64,000 bases of DNA, taken from positions 89,714,001-89,778,000 of the forward strand of contig NC_043002.1 in NCBI RefSeq assembly GCF_006345805.1. The letters are read 5' to 3'. Origin of the DNA: Octopus sinensis. Its lineage: Eukaryota. Each line of letters begins with the position of its first letter. Position 1 is the stretch's first letter. The translations under genes and the position numbers were made by a program. Positions 38,527 through 51,610 of the stretch are shown piece by piece. The notes below the pieces were generated by a model. That model did no database searches. It was not told the DNA's origin and worked only from the letters and a program-made list of their open reading frames with translations.

Positions 38527-38828
38527 GTGGAGGCACATGGCCTAGTGGTTAGAGCAGCGGACTCGCGGTCGAGGGATCGCGGGTTCGAATCTCAGACCGG
38601 GCGATGTGTGTGTTTATGAGCGAAACACCTAAGCACCACGCAGCTCCGGCAGAAGGTAATGGCGAACCTCTGCTGACTCTTTCGCCACAACTGTCTCTCA
38701 CTCTTTCCTCCTGCATCTTGCAGCTCACCTGCGACGGACCGGCGTCCCGTCCAGGTGGGGAACCTATACGCCAAGAAACCGGGAAACCGGCCCTTATGAG
38801 CCAGGCATGGCTCGAGAAGGAACAAACA
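38527..38828 (+). mobile_element. SINE-E
   Basis: TSD AATGCTAAGTT (38516-38526, 38829-38839). Confidence 0.93.
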
Positions 38829-39268
38829 AATGCTAAGTTAATGCTTTTCCATTAAAGCCAAATTAGAATTTAATTCAGAATTTTCTGACCAAAAATCCAG
38901 ACAGAAAAAAAATTTGTTATTCTATTCTTTTTAAAACAAATCGTCTCTGAAGTTCGAAGAGTTAGCAAAAAAAAAAAAAAAATTGAAATAGAAATAAGTC
39001 TCAAATATATCTTTTGAATGTTCTTCAACATTTTAACATAAATATTTTGATATTTAACAAGCAAGTTAGCTACTTAGAAAATCCCTATGAGAGATGAAAA
39101 CAGCAACTATACTGAGTTGTGATGCTTATTGCTATTTCAACATGGATGTTCCGCAGGGACCAACGAACCCCAAGATGACGCCTCCTCCATCTGGTTATTC
39201 GATGCAATCTGCACCCGATATATATTGCCAGCAGGGCAGTGAACGCCTATCATCTTCCAGCCACGAGA

Positions 39269-39317
39269 CCACCAGACCGTACGGTTTCGACCTCTTTGTG
39301 GTCATCTTCGGTGGTGG
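39269..39317 (-). ncRNA. Minimal hammerhead ribozyme, copy 2
   Basis: Identical to copy 1. Confidence 0.8.
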
Positions 39318-39373
39318 ATGTTCGTCCGCAAGAGATAGCAGTAATTCACTCCAGATCGCAGTATATGTAAATC

Positions 39374-39606
39374 TTATTTCTTTCTTGCCCACAAGGGGCT
39401 AAACATAGAGGGGATAAACAAGGACAGACAAAGGGATTAAGTCGATAACATCGACCCCAGTGCGTAACTGGTACTTATTTAATCGACCCCGAAAGGATGA
39501 AGGGCAATGTCGACCTCGGCAGAATTTGAACTCAGAACGTAGCGGCAGACGAAATACCGCTAAGCATTTCGCCCGGCGTGCTAACGTTTCTGCCAGCTCG
39601 CCGCCT
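39374..39606 (-). mobile_element. SINE-A tail type 1
   Basis: Full-length match. Confidence 0.92.
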
Positions 39607-39792
39607 ATATATAACTCTAATGACACACAGTCACTGATCTTGCAACAAGCAAATTAGAAAATCTCTATAAGAGACGGAAGTAGTAACTATATTGAGAAGT
39701 AATGCTTACTGCCACTTAAATATGGCCGTTCCACTTGATTTCTTTATATTGCGAGGTGGAGTGAACTACTGCTATCTCTAGCGGACGAGTAT

Positions 39793-39841
39793 CAACCACC
39801 GAGGATGACCACAAAGAGGTCGAAACCGTACGGTCTGGTGG
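39793..39841 (+). ncRNA. Minimal hammerhead ribozyme, copy 3
   Basis: CAACCA CCGAGGA T GACC acaaaga GGTC GAAA CCGTACGG TC TGGTGG. Confidence 0.78.
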
Positions 39842-39972
39842 GCTTGTGGCTGGAAGAAAGGTTGGGATTCATTTCCCTGATTGAAATATATATCCGGTGC
39901 AGATTGCATCGAATAACCAGCTGGAGGAGGCGTCCTCCTGGAGTTAAAAATAATAGTAATGTTGTTTCCTAC

Positions 39973-40349
39973 GTGGAGGCGCAATGGCCCAGTGGTTAGG
40001 GTAGCGGACTCGCGGTCATAGGATCGCGGTTTCGATTCCCACACCGGGCGTTGTGAGTGTTTATTGAGCGAAAACACCTAAAGCTCCATGAGGCTCCGCA
40101 GGGGATGGTGGTGATCCCTGCTGTACTCTTTCACCACAACTTTCTCTCATCTTATTCCTGTTTCTATTGTACTGTATTTCAAGGGGCCGGCCTTGTCACT
40201 CTCTGTGTCACGCTGAATATCCCGAGAACTACGTTAAGGGTACACGTGTCTGTGGAGTGCTAGCCACTTACACGTTAATTTCACGAGCAGGATGTTCCGT
40301 TGATTCGGATCAACCGGAACCCTCGTCATCGTAACCGACGGAGTGCTTC
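39973..40349 (+). mobile_element. SINE-C
   Basis: GTGGAGGCGCAATGGCCCAGTGG head with the SINE-D-type tail. Confidence 0.93.
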
Positions 40350-40539
40350 ATGAACAGCCATGTTTAAGTGGCAATAAACATCACTTTCGATATTTACGTT
40401 TATTCATGTGATATTTTGTATGTGCTTAGGTGCCTTTTTTTGTAGTTTTCATGCTTTATTTAGAGCTTTTTAGCAATCGAGATAGTACTTCGTAAAAAAA
40501 ATTTGAAATGGCAGCCTTGTTAATGATATCATTTTTAAT

Positions 40540-40940
40540 ATCTTTACATATAAAAGTGAAGTTGTGTATCTGTCTCCTACGATTTAAATTCCTAACCACT
40601 CCCACATTTTGCGGTGCAGTTTAACCAAAACCGGGTATCTTATAGTCGTGATTCATATCGAGCCCTTCTGGGTATTAGCGCGCGTCTACGATGAGTCTAC
40701 GATTTAAAAAAAAAATTACCATAATTTTTTTCCATTTTAATGCATTTTTTCGCTATTATATAAGGGAAGTAACTCTCTAAAAATGTCTACGATGAGTCAA
40801 CGATTTAAAAAAAAATTTACCATAGTTTTCTTTCCATTTTTAATGCATTTTTTTGCTATTATTTGGCTAGAACTCTCTAAAAATGCTTATATAGTTATTT
40901 CCCTTACAAACCCGAGCAACGCCGGGCGATACTGCTAGTA
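40540..40940 (-). mobile_element. Helitron/DINE-like element with a ~100-bp internal duplication
   Basis: Shared terminal block; the GTCTACGATGAGTC..ATTTAAAAAAAA segment occurs twice. Confidence 0.75.
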
Positions 40941-41446
40941 AGCAATAAGAAGAGACTGTATATAATCGACGAGTCCATAATTGACTACAAAATAGACGGA
41001 TCTTCCCAAGGGGCTGGTTGATAAATACGGCAAAAATAATTTCAGTTTTTCATTAAAAACCCAACGACCATAATTAAGGCGCATTAATTAAGGTACATTA
41101 ATTAATCTTCAAATCCCGAAACGATATAAAGATTCAAAGTTTGCTTCTCCATCAGTTTAATGGATGACTATCTCACCTATGTTTGTTTGTTGTGTTTGTT
41201 TGTTTGTTTGTGTGTGTGTGTGAAGGTACGTAGCTTAGTGGTTAGGATGTTGTACTCATGATCTCAAGATCGTAGTTTCGACACCTGAAGTGAGCGGTAC
41301 GTTGTGTCCGTGAGCAAAACCATTTTGCGCCCCTCTGCGATCACTTCGACGTCTAATGTGTAGCACACCGTGCGCCTTGTACAGTGTCGAGTCGATGGAG
41401 GGAGTGGGCTAATGTATAGTTCATACATTTTATCACTATAAACAAA

Positions 41447-41486
<40 letters not shown>

Positions 41487-41488
<2 letters not shown>

Positions 41489-41998
41489 CTAGCAGTATCG
41501 CCCAGCGTTGCTCGGGTTTGTAAGGGAAATAACTATATAAGCATTTTTAGAGAGTTACTTCCCTTATAGATGCCAATTCGGGCTTTCTTAGCCATTTCTG
41601 TTTTGGTGTCTTCAAGCCATGAAGTCGTTCTAAAAGAACGCTGGTCTCCTTGACAACGCTTTACGACGTTGATTTCCTTACACTCCCTTCCCCACAGCTT
41701 CACGAGGGAGGAAAGAAGGGGGAGAAGCAAACAGGTGCAGGTGTGACCATGGACGCCAACTCCGCCGCCATCGACACACGAAAAATTATGCATTAAAATG
41801 GAATAAAAAATGATGTTAAATTATTTTTAAAATCGTAGACTCATCGTAGACGCGCGCTAATACTCAGACGGGCTCGATATGAATCACGACTATAAGATAC
41901 CCGAATTTGGTTAAACTGCACCGCAAAATGTGGGAGTAGTTAGGAATCTAAATCGAAGGGGACAGACACTCACACAACTACAGTTTTATATATATAAA
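41487..41998 (+). mobile_element. Helitron/DINE-like element, long variant
   Basis: Same termini; internal segment shared with the 63767 copy. Confidence 0.78.
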
Positions 41999-42000
41999 TT

Positions 42001-42303
42001 TTATGTGCCCTTTTCAAGCCTAGCCAGGCTCATGGGTCCGGTTTCCCGGTTTCTGTGGCGTATGTGTTCCCCCCAGCTGGACGGGTCGCCAGTCCATCGC
42101 AGCGTTACCCAAGAAACAGGAAGAAAGAGTGAGAGAATGTTGTGGCGAAAGAGTACAGCAGGGATCGCCACCACCCCGCGCCGGAGCTTCGTGGAGCTTT
42201 AGGTGTTTTCGCTCAATAAACACACACATCGCCCGGTCTGGGAATCGAAACCGCGATCCTCCGACCGCGAGCCCGCTGTCCTAACCACTGGGCAATTGCA
42301 CCT

Positions 42304-42307
<4 letters not shown>
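42001..42307 (-). mobile_element. Hybrid SINE: SINE-C head/body with an E-like tail
   Basis: C-type body to CTCTTTCTTCCTGTTTCT, then GCGATGGACTGGCGACCCGTCCAG..GAAACCGGGAAACCGG. Confidence 0.85.
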
Positions 42308-42340
<33 letters not shown>

Positions 42341-42476
42341 TACAGTGTACATTTAAACACATAAGAGACATCCATCATAGGACTCCTTGTACGCTAGAGA
42401 GAACAGTTAAATTCCAAACCACTATTAGGGATAAAATTTCGAAGGGAATGAAAAATAAAAACATTTACCATCTAAC

Positions 42477-42897
42477 AGGCGCAGGAATGGCTGTGTGGTA
42501 AGTAGCTTGCTAACCAACCACACGGTTCCGGGTTCAGTCCCACTGCGTGGCATCTTGGGCAAGTGTCTTCTACTATAGCCTCGGGCGACCAATACCTTGT
42601 GAGTGGATTTGTAGACGGAAACTGAAAGAAGCCGTCGTCGATATGTATGTATATATATATGTATGTGGGTGTGTGTTTGTGTGTCTGTGTTTGTCCCCCT
42701 AGCATTGCTTGACAACGATGCTGGGTGTTTACGTCCCCGTGACTTAGCGGTTCGCAAAAGAAACCGATAGAATAAGTACTGGGCTACAACGAATAAGTCC
42801 CGGGGTCGATTTGCTCGACTAAAGCGGTGCTCCAGCATGGCCGCAGTCAAATGACTGAAACAAGTAAAAGAGTAAAAGAGTAAAGAGTAAGAGTAAC
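42477..42897 (+). mobile_element. SINE-B (many 1-bp deletions)
   Basis: Full-length match. Confidence 0.92.
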
Positions 42898-43010
42898 TCC
42901 TTACCAATAGTCTATTGACTAAATTTTTACACGTTAGGCCACTGGTAACGGAAATTCTAATATTTCTGATTACCCTTTGATATTATATATATATATATAT
43001 AATATATATA

Positions 43011-43110
43011 NNNNNNNNNNNNNNNNNNNNNNNNNNNNNNNNNNNNNNNNNNNNNNNNNNNNNNNNNNNNNNNNNNNNNNNNNNNNNNNNNNNNNNNNNN
43101 NNNNNNNNNN
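43011..43110. other. Assembly gap (100 N) between (TA)n and (TATC)n
   Basis: Direct reading. Confidence 1.
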
Positions 43111-43149
43111 CTTATCTATCTATCTCCTATCTATCTATCTATCTATCTA

Positions 43150-43199
<50 letters not shown>

Positions 43200-43970
43200 G
43201 TAGATCTCTCTCTTTCTGTCTATCTGTAGACTTATCTATCTGTCTGTCTGCCTGTCTGTCGACCTCTCTCGCTTTCTCTCTGTCTATCTATCTATCTGTC
43301 GGACCTATCTATCTGTCTGTTTGTCCATGTGTATGTGTGTGTATGTGTATGTCTGTGTATGTGTGTGTATGTGTGTATGTGTGTGTTTTTCATTATACCT
43401 CCTTCAATATATTTTTCCTTTCTCCCATTTAGATCGCAAATCTAATCGTGTAACTCTCTCTCCGTATATCTATCTATTTCTTATCTTCATATAACTCATT
43501 CTTCGTTCTTTCCCCTCTCACCCTTTCTCTCTCTCTCTCTCCTTCTCTCTATCCCAAGACCGGCTGTTTTCATTTTCTATCATTTCGTATTCTTTCTTCT
43601 TCATTACATCCTCTCATTACGTTCAACATCCACCTCCCAATACACCCATACATCTCTCCTCTCTCTTTTTTACCCAATGTGTTTCTTTCATTTCACCCCC
43701 CCCTTCTTTCTTCTGTTTTCCACAATATCAATCTTTCTTCCTCTTCCTCCAAATATCTATTTATATATAATCTTTACTATAACAAACCATGGGGGGGGGG
43801 AAAGCCCCCCCCGTTTCTCTCCTACTTTCACTCATTTCTTCCCATCATCTTTTCTTATCTTTCATTCCGTTCATTTATCATTCTCTCGTTTCCATCCTCT
43901 CTCTCTCTCTCTATCTCTCCCAATCTTCTCCTCTCACTTTCTCTCAATCTATCTGCCTGCCTGCCTGCCA

Positions 43971-44016
<46 letters not shown>

Positions 44017-44021
44017 GTCGG

Positions 44022-44130
<109 letters not shown>

Positions 44131-44547
44131 TACACACTATCTGACACCCTTTCTATCTATTTCTATATCTATCATTCTATCTATCCATCTCCCTCTCTCC
44201 GCCTCTCTAAACTGCCTCTTGAGATGCGGAATTCCATCAGCAGGGCCTAAAACAGTACCAATAAGTTGGGTTGGTACTAAAGCTACGTCTTGTAGCGGCC
44301 CTCTTTGCCACACACATTTATTTTATTACTGCAGCGGCACTCACTGAACCACTTGGGCTGGTCGCTTGGCAGCGACTCCTGGATAAACTGTATGGGTGTG
44401 TGTGTGTATGTTTGAATGAGTGGTAGTGTAAGAAGGCATTTACACATTTTACACAAAGGCAATAATATATATAAAACAACAACGACTTTACACACAGCAA
44501 TGAATATATCGATATAATTACTAACGTGGTGTGTGTGTGTGTGAGTG

Positions 44548-44580
<33 letters not shown>

Positions 44581-44902
44581 AGAGAGAAGAGAGAGAGAGA
44601 TGGACCGTCAGATGGAAAGATAGGTAGGGATAGTTATATAAGCATCTCTTACTGGAAAATGATTTTAGTAAACTTACTATTTAGCTATGCATATCAATCG
44701 TTAATTAAACCGGCACGCATACACACACGCACACGCACACACATACGCATACATGCATAAATTGCATAAATACATACTCACATGCACATCTATGTCGTGC
44801 AACAGATGTCTAACCGTACCTGACATAAAAGCAGTACACAAAAACATATACATGCATACGTGTGCGTATATATACATTTATTGAACTATCTACCACATTC
44901 TT

Positions 44903-44949
<47 letters not shown>

Positions 44950-45365
44950 TATAGTTAGTGATAGAAAGCGGGAAATAGAGGGGGATATGCAAGAGAGAGA
45001 GAGAGAGAGAGTATATTGATGTGTGCTGTGTTTAACAAACAGTCGGGCTAATAACACCCTCCATGGAATTAACAGGAACGGTCCCGAAGTGTGAGGTGAT
45101 CACACTGTCTCCCCTCTGCAGCCAGGCATCTTCTGTACATTATATTCTCGGCAAATAACCAAAGTTCCACGGAGCAAATCATTCATGTATTATTATTTGT
45201 CACTCCTCGTTGAAAACCATCCATGATGACGACGACAACAACAACAACAACAACAACAACTACAACGCCCACAAGTTTTCTGTCACACCGGTTGGTCATC
45301 AAATATATTTTTTTAATTCTTTTGTCAATGTCAGTTTTTTTTTTTTAATGAAAAATCTGTATGTC

Positions 45366-45369
45366 ACAC

Positions 45370-45412
<43 letters not shown>

Positions 45413-45885
45413 CGCACACACAGATATTTATATAATGCACACACATACACACACTGATACATATGATGTACACATACACACACGCACGCACACAAACACG
45501 CACGCACACACACATACACACACACACACACACGCACACAAACACGCGCGCACACACACATACACACGCACACACACACACACACAACACAAACACACAC
45601 ACACAGATATTTATATAATGCACACACATACACACACTGATACATATGATGTACACACACACACACACACACGCACACACAAACACGCGCGCACACACAC
45701 ACACATACACACGCACACACACACACACACACACCACACACACACCGAAATGCACGCACTCACACGAAATACATTCGTAAATAAATGCCAATGTACTTTT
45801 TTTTGTATTGTTTGTTGTCCACACACACACACACGCACGCACACGCACACACACATACACATGTATACACATATACATACACATG
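45366..45885. repeat. Compound (CA)n region with a ~185-bp internal duplication
   Basis: CACAGATATTTATATAATGCAC..GATACATATGATGTACAC at ~45418 and ~45601. Confidence 0.9.
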
Positions 45886-46197
45886 TGTATGTGTTTAATT
45901 TTACATGTTTACACAGAAGTTAGCATATACTTTTATTTCAATGTCAAATCATCCCACTTAAAGCAATCAAAAGCATAAAACGAGAACAAACACGTGTCTG
46001 GATGTGTGTGTATGTGTGTGTGTGTGTGTGTGTTGTGTGAGTGCGCGCACGTGAGCGTATGTGTGTGTGTGTGAATGTATGTAAACAAATTACATGTGAG
46101 AATTAATACATTTACACGTACATATACATATAGGTACGTGTATATAAACACATTTATTTTACGTAGCACACACAACCACACGCTCTCTCTCTCCCCA

Positions 46198-46235
<38 letters not shown>

Positions 46236-46257
46236 TTCTATAAATGTTCGGTATCAC

Positions 46258-46350
46258 CTCGCTGCTGGAGAGAGGTGATACCGTCGCTCTCTTTCGGCGC
46301 TGTGATTTCCCGTCGGTAGATATGAGGTGAGGTATGCCCCGCTGCGCCAG
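46258..46350 (-). CDS. Candidate 93-nt phase-0 coding exon ([31 protein letters not shown]), product unknown
   Basis: CAG acceptor, GAG|GTGATA donor, open frame, GC-rich island between microsatellites; weak pyrimidine tract. Confidence 0.25.
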
Positions 46351-46360
46351 CTGTATGTAA

Positions 46361-46461
<101 letters not shown>

Positions 46462-46462
46462 G

Positions 46463-46515
<53 letters not shown>

Positions 46516-46794
46516 GTCAATCAATCAAGGGATAGACAAACAGATATGCATGTTTTATGTGTAAAGAAGAAAAAAAACGTGTGTCTTTATTTCGTTGTTC
46601 TACTCCAATTCACATCACAGCTGACCCACAAACAACCATAATAATATCAACAACGAGGATAGCAACAATTACAACTACAACGACAACAACAATAATAATA
46701 CCTGCAAACTAATAAGACCAGGTATTGTGACTGTCAGTGGCAAAAAAAAAAAAAAATGTTAAGTAAATACATTGTTAAAGATATTCCAGCTATG

Positions 46795-47205
46795 ACCTCC
46801 GCATGGCTGTGTGGTAAGAAGGTTGTTTACCGACCTCACGGTTTCGGGGTTCAATCCTACTACGTGGCACCTGACGCAGGTGTCTTTTACTATAACTTCG
46901 GGTTGACCAAGTATTGTGAGTGAATTTAGTAGACGGTAATTGACATTCGTCGTATATGTGTGTGTGTGTGTGTGTGTGTATGCGTGTGTCTATGTTTGTG
47001 TCACCTCACCTCTTGACAATCGAGTGCTGGTATGTTTACATCACCGTTAACATAGCGGTTCGGCAAAAGAAACCGATAGAGTAAGTTTCAGACTTGAAAC
47101 AAAGTATCGGGGTCGATTTGTGCAATAAAAAAAAAAACTTCAAGGCGGTGCCCCAGCATGGCTGCAGTCCTGAAACAAATAAACAAATAAAAGATAAAAG
47201 ATAAA
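46795..47205 (+). mobile_element. SINE-B, diverged
   Basis: Match to other copies. Confidence 0.8.
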
Positions 47206-47677
47206 AGATCCTGTTTACTCTGTGTCCTTTTCGAAATTGATGCTGTGTAATTTCAAAAAGAGACTTGACTATTATTTCTAGCTGTTTGTAGGACCACATA
47301 GTGGATTCTTTTTTTTTTTTTTTTGCTGGCTCGGAACCTTCCCCCACCGTCATCATAATTCATAGCTTTGAGGAAAATATGAAGAGGAGGGGGTAGAGGA
47401 GTAAGCATTGCTTCTCCGACTAGCTTCTTGTGATCACTCATTTGCTAGCGATCATTTCACCTGAGGTCATTTACCTGTGTCGTTTTATTTACGTGTGGCG
47501 GTCTATTATTCGTATTTTTAGTTTTCTACCTGTGCTAATAAACTTACTTGTAGATAATTCATTGGTTAACTCTTTACTAAACACAAAACTCTTCACCGTT
47601 CGTATTTAGCTAGCTTTCCTACTTAAAGACGCTATCTTCACCGCCGTCGCCGTCGCCGTCGCCGCCACAACCACCAT

Positions 47678-47722
<45 letters not shown>

Positions 47723-47880
47723 ATGAAGGTTCTGGGGGGAAATTCTTCATCGATTTCGATGATGAGCACAGTCACTTATTGGATCAAGTGAATTCTTGTG
47801 AAATTTATGTCTTAGCGGTTGTGTATTCCACAGATACGTGTATCTTTACTATAATATACACACATACACCAATACATGCA

Positions 47881-48295
<415 letters not shown>

Positions 48296-48562
48296 GAATA
48301 CACACACACACACACACAATTATTTGCAGGATCCCGTAGAATCGAGGTATTTTAATAAGAACACCCAGGTAGAGTCAAGGGTAGCATACCCATGTATTAA
48401 CAGTCTGTACGGACACTCACGTACTTACTAGAGTATATACGGATTTGTCCTTTCAGTTAGGCATACATCCACAAGTATAGACAAGAGTATGCTCTGGCAT
48501 ACAGTCTACGGTCCACGGTACCCTGAAGGTTCAAGATCCAACGCAGGGAAAGTTCCGAGTGT

Positions 48563-48790
48563 GGTGAGCTGGCAGAAACTTTAGCACGCCGGGCGAAATG
48601 CTTAGCGCTATTTCGTCCGCCGCTGCGTTCTAAGTTCAAATTCCGCCGAGGTCGACTTTGCCTTTCACCCTTTCGGGGTCGATAAATTAAGTACCAGTTA
48701 CGCACTGGGGTCGATGTAATCGACTTAATCTGTTTGTCTGTCCTTGTTTGTCCACTCTATGTTTAGCCCCTTGTGGGTAATAAAGAAATA
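48563..48790 (+). mobile_element. SINE-A tail type 1
   Basis: Full-length match. Confidence 0.92.
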
Positions 48791-49137
48791 GGTATAGTAT
48801 AAATAACAGAAACGGGTGTGTGTGTGTGTGTGTGTGTGTGTATGCATGTACATCTCCAGGAAAAGCTGGATCGTTGAATTTTTTTGTATAGTCCATCCGT
48901 CAGGTTTTCTCTAATTGTTTTTGGTACTTGTGGAGTCAGGGCTTGGCGTAGTGTTCGTCTACCTAAAATTCACTCACTTAACTTAGGTTAAAATGGGGTT
49001 AATCTTGGGTTAAACAATGTGCTTTTCCCCGGTGATCTTTTATTCAATCTCTAGGATACCATTCGACAGCTGCACGCGTCCACCTGTTGTCTGTGAACCT
49101 TACGCCATGTCCGGCCCAGTGGAACTTGTGCTTTTGT

Positions 49138-49168
<31 letters not shown>

Positions 49169-50088
49169 CCCTCAGCATTTGTTAAACATGTTTCTAGAAG
49201 AAAGTGACACCAATATAAAACCGGATACAGTTTCTGGTTCAATATCTGGGCTGGGTGGCGCCATGTGACCTTGGGCAAGGTATTTCGTTTCACGTCGCTC
49301 CTATTTCGATAACTGTAATGAGTTCGAGCGGGGTGGTTGGCGTGCTGCCCTCTTTCTATCCAGTTGTCATATCTTAAATGTTCTGCTCGCTCAAGGATGA
49401 CGGAGACGGAAAAGATATCTCTGCCCAACCGTGACTACGCAGGTACCTAAAACAATTAGAGAAGGCATGGTACGTGCTACCCAGTCAAATTTGTTTGTGG
49501 GTGATGGCTGTGGCTGTGTGATAAGAAGTTTGCATTCCAACCACACGGTTCTGGGTTCGATCCCAAGCCCATTGTGTGTATATATGTGTGTGTGTTTGTG
49601 TGTGTTCCTCACTACCGCTTTAAAACCGGAGTTTGTTTACATCTCTGTAACTTAGCAGTTCGCCCTAAAAGATCGATAGAAGTACCAGGCTTTAAAAAAT
49701 GCACCGAGCCCGATTCTTTCGATTAAGACCATGCAAAGCGGTGCCCCGGCTGAAACAAGCAGAACAAAAGTGTGTGCGTGCATGTTTACACATACATGTA
49801 TGTGTGTATATATATGTACATACATACATACACACACATACACGATTATATATATATATATATATATATATCCATGTTTACACATACATGTATGTGTATA
49901 TATATATGTACATACATACATACACACACATACACGATTATATATATATATATATCCACCACCGCCACCACGTGACCGACCAGACCATCAGATGCTGTTA
50001 CATCGCTGGTCACAATGCGTTCGCATTGTTTTAGCCTTCGAATGACGCCACCCCGCTGGCTAAGCGAGCAGGCCATATATATATATAT

Positions 50089-50145
<57 letters not shown>

Positions 50146-50268
50146 AAAGTAGATAGGGTTATGAATGTAACCCACTGTGAGATATCAATTATCCAATATA
50201 CTGTTGGTAAAGTACCCAAATTCTTAGTTGATGAACGAGCTGAATTTGTTTCTCCATTTTCTTATTTG

Positions 50269-50297
<29 letters not shown>

Positions 50298-50299
<2 letters not shown>

Positions 50300-50718
50300 G
50301 GCACAGGAGTGGCTGTGTGGTAAGTAGCTTGCTTACCAACCACACAGTTCCGGGTTCAGTCCCACTGCGTGGCATCTTGGGCAAGTGTCTTCTACTATAG
50401 CCTCGGGCCGACCAAAGTCTTGTGAGTGGATTTGGTAGACGGAAACTGAAAGAAGCTTGTCGTATATATGTACATATATATGTGTGTGTGTGTGTGTGTG
50501 CATGTTTGTGTGTCTGTGTTTGTCCCCCTAGCATTACTTGACAACCGATGCTGGTGTGTTTACGTCGCCGTCAATTAGCGGTTCGGCAAAAGAGACCGAT
50601 AGAATAAGTACTGGGCTTACAACGAATAAGTCCCGGGGTCGATTTGCTCGACTATAGGCGGTGCTCCAGCATGGCCGCAGTCAAAGGACTGAAACAAGTA
50701 AAAGAGTAAAAGAGTAAA
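50298..50718 (+). mobile_element. SINE-B, full length
   Basis: Full-length match, (AAAAGAGT)n tail. Confidence 0.95.
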
Positions 50719-51159
50719 ATAGTATATTGCTGTAACGTCTTATAAAATGAGATGGTCCTGGTTGGAACCCCTCTGTCAAACATTGCTCTGCTCAATAAAT
50801 GTTCATCCGGGGGCTAAATGTCAGCAACAACAACAACAACAACAACCAATTTCCTGCCTCCACCCACAAGTCATGTAGGTCACTCACACCAGCATTTTGT
50901 AAAATGTCCCCCGAGGTCTAGTCTTCAGTGTTTACATTCACTGTCACGGGAATCAGTGATTGATTAATCACTTCCATAGGAGGTGGGGGGGGGGGGGCGG
51001 GCGGGCGGGAAACTGGTTTCTCAAACTTCTAAAATCTTCTAGCCTGTTTCTCCACCTCCACGTCACATCATCTTAACGTCTACTGCACATAACATAACGT
51101 CTCCAACTATATCACACCGCCGTCATCTTTCACACACGTCACACCACAAACTTAGTTTG

Positions 51160-51359
51160 TACTCTTTTACTCTTTTACACTTGTACTTGTTCCAGTCATT
51201 TGACTGCGGCCATTGTTGGAGCACCGCCTTTAGTCGAGAAAAATCGACCCACCCCAGGACTTATCCTTTGTAAGCCTAGTACTCATTCTATCGGTCTCTT
51301 TTGCTGAACCAGCATCGGTTGTCAAGCGATGTTGGGGGACAAACACACACACACACACA

Positions 51360-51403
<44 letters not shown>

Positions 51404-51610
51404 ACACACACACACACACATACACACACACACATACACATACACACACATATATACTTATCTACGACGGGCTTCTTTTATATTTCGTCTACCAAATCCA
51501 CTCACAAGGCTTTGGTCGGCCCGAGGCAATAGTAGAAGCCACTTGCCCAAGGTGCCACGCAGTGAGACTGAACCCGGAACCATGTGGCTGGTAAGCAAGC
51601 TACTTACCGC
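51160..51610 (-). mobile_element. SINE-B with a long internal (CA)n
   Basis: Match to other copies. Confidence 0.88.

Noticed and set aside
42477-42897. Clusters of 1-bp deletions in SINE-B (also in RTEX 62900-63230)
   Set aside because: Pattern fits low-coverage long-read consensus error near a gap or contig end; not treated as biology
46251-46258. TATCACC resembling a lambda operator half-site
   Set aside because: Chance 7-mer with no phage context
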